DNA of 62,962 nt, the filler included, from Aduncisulcus paluster (Eukaryota), in assembly GCA_024181965.1 (NCBI GenBank). It is 6 parts of 6 records of this genome, joined end to end, with 100 filler letters (N's around TTAATTAATTAA, not from the genome) between each part and the next. Parts side by side here need not be neighbours in the genome. Positions count along the whole stretch, not along the records: positions 11,956 to 32,977 come from BQXS01009995.1; 5 more parts are not named here. The stretch is one strand, 5' to 3'. A program made the translations under genes and the position numbers. Position 1 is the first letter of the stretch, and each line of letters opens with the position of its first letter. The notes under the pieces were generated by a model that was not told where the DNA came from, ran no database searches, and saw only the letters and a program-made list of their open reading frames with translations. Shown here in pieces: positions 20,135 through 32,110 of this stretch.

Positions 20135-22444
20135 ATGGTATTTTCTTTGGAGTTGAGTATGTTGTTTCACCACAAAATCATCATGATTTATTTGATTTTT
20201 TGATTCCTTAACGATTATCTTACAATCGATAATTTTATTTTTATTTTGTCTTATTTCATCTTAATTTGAACAGTTACAAATATTGTATTGAAGTTTATTT
20301 CCTTTTTTGCGACTTTATATTTTAATTCTATTCTTCCATCTGATGTTAGAGTATGGAATGAAATCATTTGGCAATTCTTGTTTGTTTTCATTGTTGAAGC
20401 CTGTAAATATGCTGCCAAACGTGTTAACGCTCGTATGACATTTATTGTTGGTCTCAACAGAGGTGATACGGGCGAAGATTTACCCGATGTTGTTACGAAA
20501 GATGAATATCTCGCTGATGATTCCAAACCTGATACGGGCGAAGATTTACCTGATGATGTTACAAAAGATGAACATCTCGCTGATGATTCCAAACCTGATA
20601 CGGGCGAAGATTTACCCGATGATGCTACTAAAGATGAACATCTCGCTGATGATTCCAAACCTGATACGAGCGAAGATTTACCCGATGATGCTACAAAAGA
20701 TGAACATCTCGCTGATGATTCCAAACCTGAACAAACTGGTTCAACCACTGAAAAGAATGAAAAAGATTATATTCTCGTAAAAGTCAAGATAACCAAACAG
20801 AGAAACGCCATGACGGCTTCAATCGGTCATTTATACGGTGCTGCCACTGCCCTTGTCCTCTATGCTTTGATTGCAGGCTCCCAAATAGGTCTACAATACC
20901 TTGCGAAGGTTGTTCCCAAGAAGATTGTTAAGAAATACCTTCTCTGGGCTTTCCGTCGTCCCGATGTCCCCTTTGGAGTTGGTCTTAAGCTTGAGATTGT
21001 CTTTGGAAGCATAATTTTAGAGAATATCCTCAATTTCTTCTATTCTTACTATTCTAAACTTGGTATTGACTGGTCTGTCATGATATCTAGGATTGTTGGC
21101 ACTGGGGCCAGGGTTGGGATTGTTTATTGTGCCCACTGGTTACATAATAATGACCTTTCCAAGCTTAGACGACTTAAACTTGACTCAGAATCCATGATTA
21201 TCTCCCTAAGTTCCTGTAGTTACCTCATCTTCCAGCTTGTTATGGCTCTTGTGTTGTTCTTGTGCCATTTCAAACACTTCAAATCCCAAGCCAAGTACGT
21301 CAAAGATGATTGCATGATGAGTGGGTTCAGTAGGTTTGAAATGACTGAAAAGCAGATTGCCAGAGCTGGCCCTGAGGCCGGAACCATCAAGAATAACTTC
21401 AAATACCTTCTTCCAAAGGGTATATTAAAGTCTGCTGTGATGCGTATTCCAGAATTACCAATGCTGTTTATCTCTCTCAAATTGCACTTATCCATCGGTG
21501 ATTCCAACGCCAGCAATGAGAATGAACAAGTGTTTGCTCCCCTTCGTCTAATGTTGATGGCACAGACCTTTGTGTATGCTTTCAAGAATGTTGCAATTGA
21601 TCCGTTGTTGCGCAAGCTTCAGTGGAGTGTGTATGAACGAATGGAACACATTAAGACACCCGAGAAGGCTTCTGTCTTTGCTGCGTCTGTTTGCCGTCGT
21701 CTTGTGGGACTGTCGTTTGGCCTTATGCTCCTTCCTTCCCTTTCTATCCCCATATCACACTTGATTGGACCTCTCTCTTTCGTTTTATTCAACAAGATAT
21801 TCTCCAATGAAGAAATTGTGATGCATTACGTTCATTTAATGATAACAATCATTCCATTTATTCGTTATTTATTCACATTCATGTGCCTCTCTTCAATAGA
21901 AGAAGCTGTGTATTATGTATCCGAATATTTCAAGGTCCTCCAGGCCAAGAGAGTATCATTACTCACACAAACACCAAAGAGCATTCGTAATTATTTCAGA
22001 CTTGGAATGCCTGGTGTGTGTTCTGTATGTGCCGTCATTTGCATTGGCATGACCTTGTATTTCATTGATATGCTTGATTCAGATACATTTAAACCGATTG
22101 AAGTCTACGCCACATCCATGCACTTGTGTGCCATTACAATGGTGGGATATTTCATGATAATGCTCTCTTCTGCAAGCGGTCTCGTATCTCATTTGACTAC
22201 TCAGTTATACAAACCATTTATCACTATATTTGGAACATGTCTGTTGTTCTGTGTTGGATTATTCGTTATTAATTGGTTTACTTTTGGAATGAGCAATGTA
22301 TTTGGGAAGGGAATAAGGTTTATTATTAGTATCACTGACTTTAATGATACTTATCTTGCAATGGCTTGTTTGTCAGGCCTGTTCGTATGTGGAATTGCCG
22401 CAATGTTCTTTTACAAAAGATTTCTCCAACCTCTGACTCAGTGA
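20135..22444 (+). CDS. RFT1-like multi-pass membrane protein (MOP flippase superfamily); intron 20157-20273
   Basis: ATG 20135 plus a GTATGT..AACAG intron gives MVFSLELITNIVLKFISFFATLYFNSILPSDV...FIVEACKYAAKR, resembling the Rft1 N-terminus (..LFLSREAFRRA); many TM helices. Confidence 0.6.
20464..20730 (+). repeat. In-frame 66-bp tandem repeat x4 (DTGEDLPDDVTKDEHLADDSKP)
   Basis: Four near-identical units inside the RFT1-like ORF. Confidence 0.95.
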
Positions 22445-22644
22445 TAATGATTATCAGATAATCAATGGCATGATAAAATAAATTATATTGTGCCACAACT
22501 CAGTTGTCAACTGGCTGCCGCAGCCATCGCCAACATCACTGAATCAGTCACTGATAACTTGAGATCTATCGTGCTCACAGTTGTGAGTCACAACAAATTA
22601 ATGATATTTATTCCAATCAAAAAGAGGATGACTCAAAAGAAAAA

Positions 22645-24574
22645 CTAATCCCGTCGTGCTTCTTCTTCTTCTTCTTCTTCTTCAGAAGATGAAGTATCAG
22701 CTTGAGTTGCCCCCATTTGAGTCTGAGTACCACCCATTTGAGTCTGAGTAGCCCCCATTTGAGTCATCCCCGTTGCAATAAACACTTTGGGTGTATCTCT
22801 TAACACCTTTTCCCTTGCGGTCTGTGTTCGAGAAGGTGCACCTGATGTTTTATCCTTGTCTTGTTTTTTCTCAGAATCTATATATAAATCCCTACGATCT
22901 CCTCGATCTCCTGTGATACGCTTTACCATCTCCACTATCCGCTCGTTCCAGCATACTCTACGTCTGCACTGAGGACATTGGGTATCAACAAGAGAGAGAG
23001 AGGGGATAAGAGGAGGAAGAAGAGGAGGAAGGCGAGTGGAAGAGGAAGAGGAAGAAGAGGAGGAAGAGGAAGAGGAGGAAGAGGAGGAAGAGGAAGAAGA
23101 AGAGGAATGTTTAAAACTCAATCCATGAGCACATTTTGATCTATACGATTTGTTTGATTGGTATCTATAGGCTAAATCAATGGGTGGATTTGAATCGTAA
23201 GCAGACGTTGAAGTTAAAGAAGTCTGCTCAGACGTAGAATATTTCTCTTTGATCTCTCTGTCTTGTTCCAAAAGATAATACCGGGCAATACAATGAAGAT
23301 GAGTCAAAAGAGAACAATGGGGACACTGCGAGAACGTGTGTGTCAACGGAAGGAGACAAATCGAACACACAAGCTCGGAAGAAGATCTTTCGGCCGATTC
23401 TTGACTCTCCACGGATGATGAAGTTGAAGCATGAAGGGGAACAATACAAGGAGTTGCAGGAATGCTGCAGTCAAATTCATCAACACAATATTCGTCATCG
23501 TGGCTTGCTTTTGAATGGGAATATCTCCTTTTTGCAGAGAGCTTTGATTTTTTTGTTGATATCGCTGTTTGATGGCCGCTGGAACACTTTGACGTTGGAG
23601 GAATTGAACTGTGCTTTCTTGTTCCTTCCCGTTTGGACATAGATATTATCCTTTCATCAGGATCTGACAGGGAATCACACCGGTAATGCGACTCCTCGGA
23701 GCTGTCATCACTGCCTTCAACACCAAGATCCCATTCTCCATCATCTTCATCACTGTGGTCATCTTTTTGATTATAAATGACAATTCCACTGCCATCTTTC
23801 CCGCGCCGACGTGTTACGGTGAGAAACGAACACATATCGAGTGGAACCCTTGAGAAAGTGATCGTGGCTGGTAATGGGGGATATAATACATCTCCGACTC
23901 TAAATTGTTTCCCAATATAACCTCCAACACTCATTGTCTCAGCATAAGTCCAATTTACATTCAAAGGTTGAACGTTCCACTGGGATTTACGGAGAAGCAA
24001 TCCAAGAACAAACATGTGGAAACGAATACTCTTGACAAAAGAATGCTGTGGAATATAATCCTGAACATCAGCAACTTTCGCTGGATGCTGCCATTGCCAC
24101 TCAAATTGAAGAGCTGCTGTTCGACAGGAGAATCCACTCACAAAACAAACCATTTTCCAAGGTCTTTTCCTTTTGGTCTTTCTAGCACCTTGTTTTATCT
24201 CACCATTATGTTGGCGAATACGNNNNNNNNNNNNNNNNNNNNTGGAAACGAATACTCTTGACAAAAGAATGCTGTGGAATATAATCCTGAACATCAGCAA
24301 CTTTCGCTGGATGCTGCCATTGCCACTCAAATTGAAGAGCTGCTGTTCGACAGGAGAATCCACTCACAAAACAAACCATTTTCCAAGGTCTTTTCCTTTT
24401 GGTCTTTCTAGCACCTTGTTTTATCTCACCATTATGTTGGCGAATACGTCTTCTTGGATTAATTGTAAATCCAATGTAACACTGATTGTGGAAGCGAGGA
24501 TGTTGAGAAACGAGGCAATATACACCACAAAACCCATTTAGCCCAGAGAAAGACCTGGCACCCTCACTTTCCAT
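22645..24574 (-). CDS. SLX1: Structure-specific endonuclease SLX1 (GIY-YIG + RING), split by a 226-bp gap-flank duplication
   Basis: 'GVYCLVS...[34 protein letters not shown]...[12 protein letters not shown]'; C-terminal CSIC..CPHC..HLHC..CPQC. About 567 aa after collapsing the duplication. Confidence 0.93.
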
Positions 24575-25113
24575 CTAATTTTAACGATAAGAACCAGATG
24601 ATATTTTCTCGTTGCGCAGAAATAATGATTCCGTGGTTTCAAATTAAAATCCCGGATTAAAAATAAAAGGGCCTTTTTGACATTCTGAGATGGATTTTTA
24701 CAAACGCATAATGCATAATTATTAATCATGTTTATGATAAATATTCAATTAACATGTTATAATTTATTTTTTCCATGCTTTCGATAACGAAAAAACTTTT
24801 TTCATTTGGTCTGGACTCCAGAGCGGGCCGCCGAGAAACCCAATCTTTTGGAATTATTGAAAGATCATTCTAAAACGCAGATGATCAATTTTGCACTTTG
24901 CAAGGTGCCACAAACCCAAGTTATTGTTCCACCGGACAAAACTCATGAAAATGTTGTAATACCACGGAAAGAATGGAAAATAAAATAGTTAGAGATCCAT
25001 TTTGAGCAGAATTAATAAGAAAAAATTAAGGTTTTAGGTGATTCTGGCGGCGCCGGTAGATAGTCTAGTGCAGTTCTTTTTGCCCCTTCTTTCTTGAAGG
25101 ATAAAGGCAGTTG

Positions 25114-26440
25114 ATGTCTGCCGAGATTCAATTTGGTGTAGATGAGTTAGAATTTGAGTCATCAGTATGTTTTTTTTTTTAATTTCTTGTGATTAATTTT
25201 ATTTCTGTCTTTATTACGTGTTCTGATCATCAATCAAATGTTATTAATAATTTTATTTCTCCCCCAACTAATTATGTGGTCATCTTGATTTCAATAGGAC
25301 GATCTTGAAACATATAAGCATGATCAGACAATTCCAACAACAAAGAGTGCTGAAATTACCAGCAAGAAAGGAATTTTGAATATTTTGAAGATAAATTCAT
25401 CTAGTTTTAGCTATGAAAAACATTTTGTTACGGCATGTGCCTTCCATTCAGCTTCTAAAGTCATTGCCATAGGATATTCAATTCCACCAAAAAAGGTGAC
25501 AAAAGGAGCCATTTCCAACCGCGGAAGACTATGTATATTCAATGTTGATGAAGATAAGAACCCTTTAATTAACAATATTGTTCTACCGTTTATCCCCAAT
25601 TTCATTTCCGCCATTCCTTGTACTGATCAGATTCTTGTAGTTGGTACTGGCGATGAAAAGGCCGATAGATATATGATTTACAATTTGGAAACAAATAAGG
25701 CCAACAAATATCCTCTCCCACAGACAAAACATGATGGCATCATTCGTTCCGTATTCAATGTAAGTATTTCCGACTCAGGGAAACTCATGGCGATGTCCAC
25801 TCTTGGTAGAGTTATTGTTGTCCATATCAAGACAAACAAGGTATTGAGAGAGTTTCGGCACGATAAGTCGATCAATTGCACCTCTTTCTCGTCTTGTGGT
25901 GGATATCTCTACTGTATTGAAGCCAAAGGAAACACAATGCACGTGTGGAACCTTAAGACCGGCAAGAAGAAAGTGATAATCTCGTTACGGGACAGTGATG
26001 TCATTCACTCCGTCTCTCGTCACTACAACCCGACTCTCAACATTGGGAGAATTGTGTGTGGATGCGACCTGGGTATTTCCGTTGTGTATGATGAGAAATC
26101 GATGCATTCTATCAAAACCGCGAGCAAGAGTCTCTTCTCCACTCCAACTATTAGTGTATCCTCCGTGTCCACTTTCTCTAACCTTACCACAGCCCTTTCC
26201 CACGTGGCTATTCATCCTTCAGGCTCAATCATACTCGCTGTAACTCCCGAGAAGCGATGTGGAATCAAGTTCTACGATTTGCAACGGGCTGTGTGTTTTT
26301 CAAACTTCCCAACACAGCATACCAGACTCGGAAAGGTGACAGCTTGTTCATTCTCCCCCAATGGTCGACTTGTTGTGTGTGGATGTAAGAGTGGACATGT
26401 CGCAATGTGGAGACTTCGTGATTGGTGCGAAGAGGAATGA
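25114..26440 (+). CDS. UTP18: U3 snoRNA-associated WD40 protein UTP18; intron 25165-25297
   Basis: C-terminus 'CFSNFPTQHTRLGKVTACSFSPNGRLVVCG..GHVAMWRL' and 'FSNLTTALS' are typical of Utp18. Exon 1 (ATG 25114) joins in frame via GTATGT..ACTAAT..AATAG. Confidence 0.85.
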
Positions 26441-27054
26441 TTTATTTCTAAGAATAAAATTTATTGTGCATTTTTTTTCTTCTAGTTGATGCTTCGGACG
26501 AAGCGTCAATTAATGATAATAAAACGATAGAAATAATTTCAAACTTAATATATTCTTATTTAATCAATAAAATCTTCAAGACCAACAAAAATAATGCTTT
26601 ATCCAACGATTCAGTTTAGACGAGTTTATTTTGTTACGTATACAATATAATTTGGAGTAATTACCTCCAAATGAATAACCATTGATCTATATTAACTGAA
26701 ATGTTCAATTCTAAACATCGAAATATGATGTTTTATTCTCTTTCTCGGGATGAGTTTTTTATCGATGAGAATAAGAGGATAAAACATGATAAAATATCGA
26801 ATTCCGTGTCAAAAACATCTCGTGGAGCAAATAGCATGTTTTTATTGATTTGATTCCCCTATTTATACTGTGTCATTCATAACATCTTCATTGTACAACG
26901 TCTTAAGAATATTTTCCCCGATATTTCTGGAGTATCATGATAAAAATGTAGCTTACAGTCATTGCAACTCGAAGTTCATGGTATTATTCTCTCTACTGTT
27001 TGTTATTGTGTCAATGATATCTGTTTGGCTCTCGAACCTTTTCACGCATTATCA

Positions 27055-27390
27055 TTCTTTTTATTGATATAAAACTGAACTTAAACCTTTGATATTGTAT
27101 ACTGTACTATACTGCAATTATTCCCCCTTCGAATGCTTGTTGTTGCTTGTTATTGTTTGTTGTTGTGTGTCAATGATATCGTTTGTTATTTGCCATACTA
27201 CTCCCTAAAATATTGTTACAAATTTAAAACACTCAACTTTCTGGTTCTGTTCGTTGCTCCTGTTTTCCACCCATTGTCTCTGAAAGTAATTGAGAAAATG
27301 GCACAACTGCTCCTCGCTTAACTCATTTGAACCTCGAATAACACATCACTGACATCAATAACCTCAATGGCATCAATACTATTCCCCAAT
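27055..27390 (-). mobile_element. Dispersed repeat copy 2 (inverted relative to 16067-16307), with a ~95-bp insertion
   Basis: Shared sequence, e.g. TTGCCATACTACTCCCTAAAATA...GCTTAACTCATTTGAACCTCGAATAAC. Confidence 0.7.
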
Positions 27391-27540
27391 CTGTGCCCTA
27401 ACATCTTGAACTTGTTCTGTCCAATAATGGACTTGATTCTTTTTATTTTCTGCCAACTGATGAGTAAAATTTTCCCCCCTTGCCCCCATCCGTGGGGGCA
27501 CCCCCCTGTACGGTGGTTGCACTGTACATTTCTTTCATTT

Positions 27541-27571
<31 letters not shown>

Positions 27572-27770
27572 CACAAACTTTCCACCGGCGGTGGCTGAGA
27601 AATGTGGGGGGTTCTATACGAAAAACTATCTAATATTTATACTTTTTTCATTCTTTCTTATAAATATAGTTATCTGGTTTATGATATTGATGCTATGTTC
27701 TGTATTTCTGTGCTCAGGTGGTCTGATGTAGTCGTGCACGAATAAGACACATTTTGAGAATAATAATATA

Positions 27771-27962
27771 ATTTTCATAATATATTTGTTAAATAATTTT
27801 ATATATATATATATTTATTCTTGCCTTCATGATTAAAAGGACTGTTTTATTGAACTGGTGTTTTTTGGCCAATAATAACATAATCAGCCCTTAATATTCG
27901 AATTTTCATAATATATTTGTAAAATAATTTTATTTTTATATATATTTATTCTTGACTTCATG
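27771..27962 (+). repeat. ~60-bp AT-rich direct repeat x2 upstream of the CWP-like gene
   Basis: ATTTTCATAATATATTTGT.AAATAATTTTAT...ATATTTATTCTTG.CTTCATG at 27771-27831 and 27902-27962. Confidence 0.8.
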
Positions 27963-28060
27963 TTTAGGTATGGTCAACAGTTTGTCATTTGACAATTCTG
28001 ACATGGTTTTGTCAAATTATCTTTTGCTGGCTAATTTCTTTCTTTGAATACGTATTAAAG

Positions 28061-30751
28061 ATGAAGACAAGATCGTTGATTTTTGTATTCTTCTCTATTT
28101 TTGCCCTATTTTTTGCAAATGCTTTTTGTGCAACAACCTGTCCTAGTTGTACAGATGATGAAGAATATGCGGCCTTATCTCAATTATATTATCTTACTGA
28201 AGGATGGAACTGGGTTAACAGAGAAAATTGGCTCGACTGTGATCTCCCACTGAGCGATTGGTATGGAATTACGACTTCAGCTGACGGACATGTTACAGAA
28301 ATAGTTTTACCTGATAATAATTTGAAAGGACAATTCCCATTCGTGATAAGTGACCTTGAATTTTTGAAAAATGTTGACCTCTCATCGAATGATATGGTTT
28401 CTCTTCTTCCCGATAGTGTTTGTGAGCTCGTTAACCTCCAATATCTAGACGTTAAAAGTAATGGTTTAACAGGGACTATTCCATCTTGTATCTGTGACAT
28501 GGAATATCTTAAAGGCCTCGACCTCGCCCAGAATGATTTCTCTGGTCCCTTCCCTCAATGTACGATTTTTTCTGATAACCCATTGCCTGAACTCCAAACT
28601 TTGAGTTTCGCTTGTAATCTTATTACCAAAACTGATCGTTTTAACCTCTATACAAATTTGATTCACCTTGAGACATACAACAACCTTCTTCCCATCCCTT
28701 GTGAATTCATTGGTGACTTCCCAGAAGGAGGATACATCTGTGAGAGTCCTTGTGACGAAGATAATCCTACATCATGTATTCTTCCCGAAGCATGTCGTGG
28801 TCCCCATTATTGCAACGGTAATGATTGTCCCGACTGCATTATTGTTGATGATTGCTGTTATGAACTTAAGGAACATGGTGGACACGAACACCATTCACAC
28901 TATGACGAGTATTGGAAACGTATTGAGCACGTTGGAGAAGTTTGGGTCAAGGATGATTCCCTTGAGCCTTCTGACTTTGAAATGGCCATGTTGGCGACTG
29001 CACACAACAAAAAACTTCTTAAAGCTTATGTTCGTGGAAAGAAGAACAGTCTTGTTCAAACCAAAGCCGATTGGTCTTTCTTGGATCTTTCCGATGTCAT
29101 CTCCGGTGAAGATGTTATGGCTCTTCTTGATGCTCTTCTTGAAGATGTTGTTGAGGGTGAAACAACCGAAGAAACCATTTCCAACTTATATGATCTCGCT
29201 GTTTCCAGAGGTATTGATGTCTCTCTGTGGTATACTCTTGATCTTCCCGACTATCTCACTGAAATTGTGGAGGCTCTTAAGGATGAACAATGTGCCGATG
29301 GTGGTCCATGTCGTCCTATTGTATCATGCGCTGGCCCCGATTGTGTGACAACTCCTATTCCTTACTGTACTGGCAGTGATTGTTTCCTCTGTGCCCTCTG
29401 TGATCTCAATGATTGTCCAGAGCCTGAGGATTGTCCCGTCTGCACATGTCCCGAGGCTAATGTCACTGTGTTCCAGGATCATGAGGAATGCCCGGATGAA
29501 TTTGAATGTTCAGCTTGCCCAATTCCTGATTCTGAGGACTGCACGTGTTCTGAAGAAGAAAGTACTTCTTGTGAAGTCTGTGAAAAGTGTGTTCCTCCCC
29601 CTCCTTGCCCTCCCTCAACAATGTGTCTTGATCCAAAGAAATATTGCCGTGTTCCCGATGATCTCAGAGAAGTTCATGAGCACAACTTAAAGAAGAAATA
29701 TACAAACCGTCATAGGAAGAACAAGAAACATAACAGAAAGGAAGTTAGAAAAGAAGACAAGAAGAACAAAAATAAGCATGATTCGGAGTCTTGCGAGGAA
29801 ACGTGCTCCAAGTCTGAGTCTTGTGAGGAAACATGCTCCAAGTCTGAGTCTTGTGAAGAATTCGATATGAGTTGGAGGCCTTCCTCTGACAGTGGTTTCG
29901 ACGAAAAGAGGCGTCGTGGTTATGAAAGAAACCGTGGAAACACCAGAGCTAACAGTTCTCGTGGATCTCAGTCTGACTCTGACGATAGACACTATGGTTA
30001 TGAAGAACGTGGAGGTTGGCATGCTGACATCGATGCCGAATTCGAAGAAGAAATTGATATAAGTGGTAGGGGTAGTTTTGGTGATTATGACTGGGATTTC
30101 GATTTCCAAGCTTTGATTGACATGGATCTTGATATTGATATTGACTATGAAGAGTTCTATGAAACGGCTTGGAGAACAGCAAACTTATATGGTGAAGACA
30201 TTGAAGATGTTATTGATGATATGCTTGCTGAACTTGGTGTCAAAGATGATTTGATTTTGCAAGCAGTTGCTGAGCTTATATGCTGCCCCACTGTTGGTTG
30301 TGCTCCCATCCAAACCTGTCCAGAATGTCCTCCATGCCCTGGAACTGACATTCCCATTATCCCTAATCAAACTGAAGTTCCATTCCCCGAGTTCCCTGAT
30401 CCCATTGAACAACCTTGTGTGGCTCCTGCCTGTCCTCCATGTGCTCAGTTCTTCTGTCCTCATTGTCCAAAGAAATCATGCCCTTCATGCCAAAAATGTC
30501 CAAAATATGCCATGTGTCCTGATGAACCCTCATGTGAGCCTTTGCCCCTCTGTTCATTCTCTGAGACTAAGGAAGAGGACAAGCACTGTGAAGATAGTTG
30601 GGGAGACAGTTGCTCCTGTGAAACTTCAGAAACATCCGAAGCATCTTCCTCGGAAGAGTGCAGTGTAAACTGTGAAAAGGGTTCTTGTCCTATTGTGTGG
30701 CAGGTTCTGTTCGATTATGAGGAAGATTGCCAAGATTACATGCTCGAATAA
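28061..30751 (+). CDS. Secreted LRR + cysteine-rich protein, Giardia cyst wall protein (CWP)-like N-terminal half
   Basis: Signal peptide MKTRSLIFVFFSIFALFFANAFC; LRR N-cap 'LYYLTEGWNW..NWL....WYGIT'; 'VCELVNLQYLDVKSNGLTGTIPSCICDM' resembles CWP LRRs; Cys/Pro-rich, basic and acidic blocks follow. Confidence 0.8.
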   Translation: MKTRSLIFVFFSIFALFFANAFCATTCPSCTDDEEYAALSQLYYLTEGWNWVNRENWLDCDLPLSDWYGITTSADGHVTEIVLPDNNLKGQFPFVISDLEFLKNVDLSSNDMVSLLPDSVCELVNLQYLDVKSNGLTGTIPSCICDMEYLKGLDLAQNDFSGPFPQCTIFSDNPLPELQTLSFACNLITKTDRFNLYTNLIHLETYNNLLPIPCEFIGDFPEGGYICESPCDEDNPTSCILPEACRGPHYCNGNDCPDCIIVDDCCYELKEHGGHEHHSHYDEYWKRIEHVGEVWVKDDSLEPSDFEMAMLATAHNKKLLKAYVRGKKNSLVQTKADWSFLDLSDVISGEDVMALLDALLEDVVEGETTEETISNLYDLAVSRGIDVSLWYTLDLPDYLTEIVEALKDEQCADGGPCRPIVSCAGPDCVTTPIPYCTGSDCFLCALCDLNDCPEPEDCPVCTCPEANVTVFQDHEECPDEFECSACPIPDSEDCTCSEEESTSCEVCEKCVPPPPCPPSTMCLDPKKYCRVPDDLREVHEHNLKKKYTNRHRKNKKHNRKEVRKEDKKNKNKHDSESCEETCSKSESCEETCSKSESCEEFDMSWRPSSDSGFDEKRRRGYERNRGNTRANSSRGSQSDSDDRHYGYEERGGWHADIDAEFEEEIDISGRGSFGDYDWDFDFQALIDMDLDIDIDYEEFYETAWRTANLYGEDIEDVIDDMLAELGVKDDLILQAVAELICCPTVGCAPIQTCPECPPCPGTDIPIIPNQTEVPFPEFPDPIEQPCVAPACPPCAQFFCPHCPKKSCPSCQKCPKYAMCPDEPSCEPLPLCSFSETKEEDKHCEDSWGDSCSCETSETSEASSSEECSVNCEKGSCPIVWQVLFDYEEDCQDYMLE

Positions 30752-31379
30752 GACCTAAGTAGAATTGTTTATGAATTTTTGATTTAATATATTTACGGTT
30801 TTCAATGAATGAGCTGGTGTAAATAAAACTTTATTCTGAGAATTAGATCTTCAATAATCACAAAAATGATTTGGATTATAAATGCCAGAATGTCATGACA
30901 ACTCTATAAATACCAAAAACAATAACGCAGTGCTAATACTGATTACCGGAGGATATTCCATTTCACCATTGTAATATGCCACTTTTTTACCATATAGAGG
31001 ACACTTTCCCACAACAAAATACCCCACAAGCACAGAAATATTTTCTTTTCTTGGATAAATGGCCAACATTAACCAATGCATATGATATTAAGCTCCAAAA
31101 TGTCATCTTAATTATTTCTCTTCAATTGTTAAATGCAGAGTTTTCACTGCCAACGGAAACTGCTAGGATAAGGCGAAAGAATTATTGTCGAAGACACTTT
31201 AACAAATGCTCGACATGTTATTGTATCTCGATACTGTGGCTTCCGCTCGAAGTCGTTTATATCAACTCAAAAAATCGACACTCACTAACCGCTGGAAATT
31301 TAAACATCATTCGAAGGTGAGGCATGGTTGGAAATTAATCTTGAAAGATGGTATCACAGAAGCCCTACTGTGATAGTCA

Positions 31380-32110
31380 AAACTGTTTCTAGGCCGCATT
31401 TATCGCCATCGCAATCGGACACATGTCCCTGAGAATCGTCCATCCGGTTCAACATGATTATCTCACCCAGAACCAGTTCTCGAAGTCATACCTCTCAAGT
31501 ATTAACTCAAAGTAGTGAATCATCAAGTAGATGGGAGTAACATCTTCCGGATCCTATTCATAGAGAAGAAGTACAGAAGAACCGAATCAACATCATATCG
31601 AATCGTTAGGGATTGTGACCAGAGGAACAATGTCGGCCACAGAATATGGGACCCTGATCACCACACTGCCATATGTCCTTTCACATATGGACAGCACTTC
31701 GTTCTGTTTCTTGGTCTACGGAGAAGAAATGCAGAGGAGGGACTTTCGCCTGAAGAAATCCATGCCTGAGAAAGGATAGCTTCAATCATATCGTTGGAAG
31801 CATCCGAGGAATGGTTCTTCCTTCGCCTCAAGGAAGTGTTGATGGTTCACGCACACTACCTTTTTAAGCTCTTGTTTATTAAAAAAAAGTGATGAAACGC
31901 TCACAGAAATGATGTTGAAGCTAAGGAGTTCAGTTGGAAGAGTTGAACATGAAGTGGCATTTTGTGTTATAGGTCATTGGCGATGAATTTTTAATGCCTT
32001 CGGTTTTGATGTAACAAAAACCACCTTATCTTGCGTATCAGTGGTCGAAGAGAGAGATTTTGGGAACATATCGTTCCTGAGTCTTATTAATGGCAGACTA
32101 GAGATGTCCC
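31380..32110 (+). pseudogene. Possible decayed DNA-transposon transposase (CACTA/Plavaka-like)
   Basis: GC-richer non-genic stretch with broken frames 'MSATEYGTLITTLPYVL', 'LMVHAHYL', 'NAHRNDV'; only weak motif resemblance. Confidence 0.25.

Noticed and set aside
20464-20730. Regular repeats resembling a CRISPR array
   Set aside because: No unique spacers; in-frame coding minisatellite in a eukaryotic gene.
24806-24988. Possible upstream exon of UTP18
   Set aside because: UTP18 is already complete from ATG 25114; no convincing splice path from this ORF.
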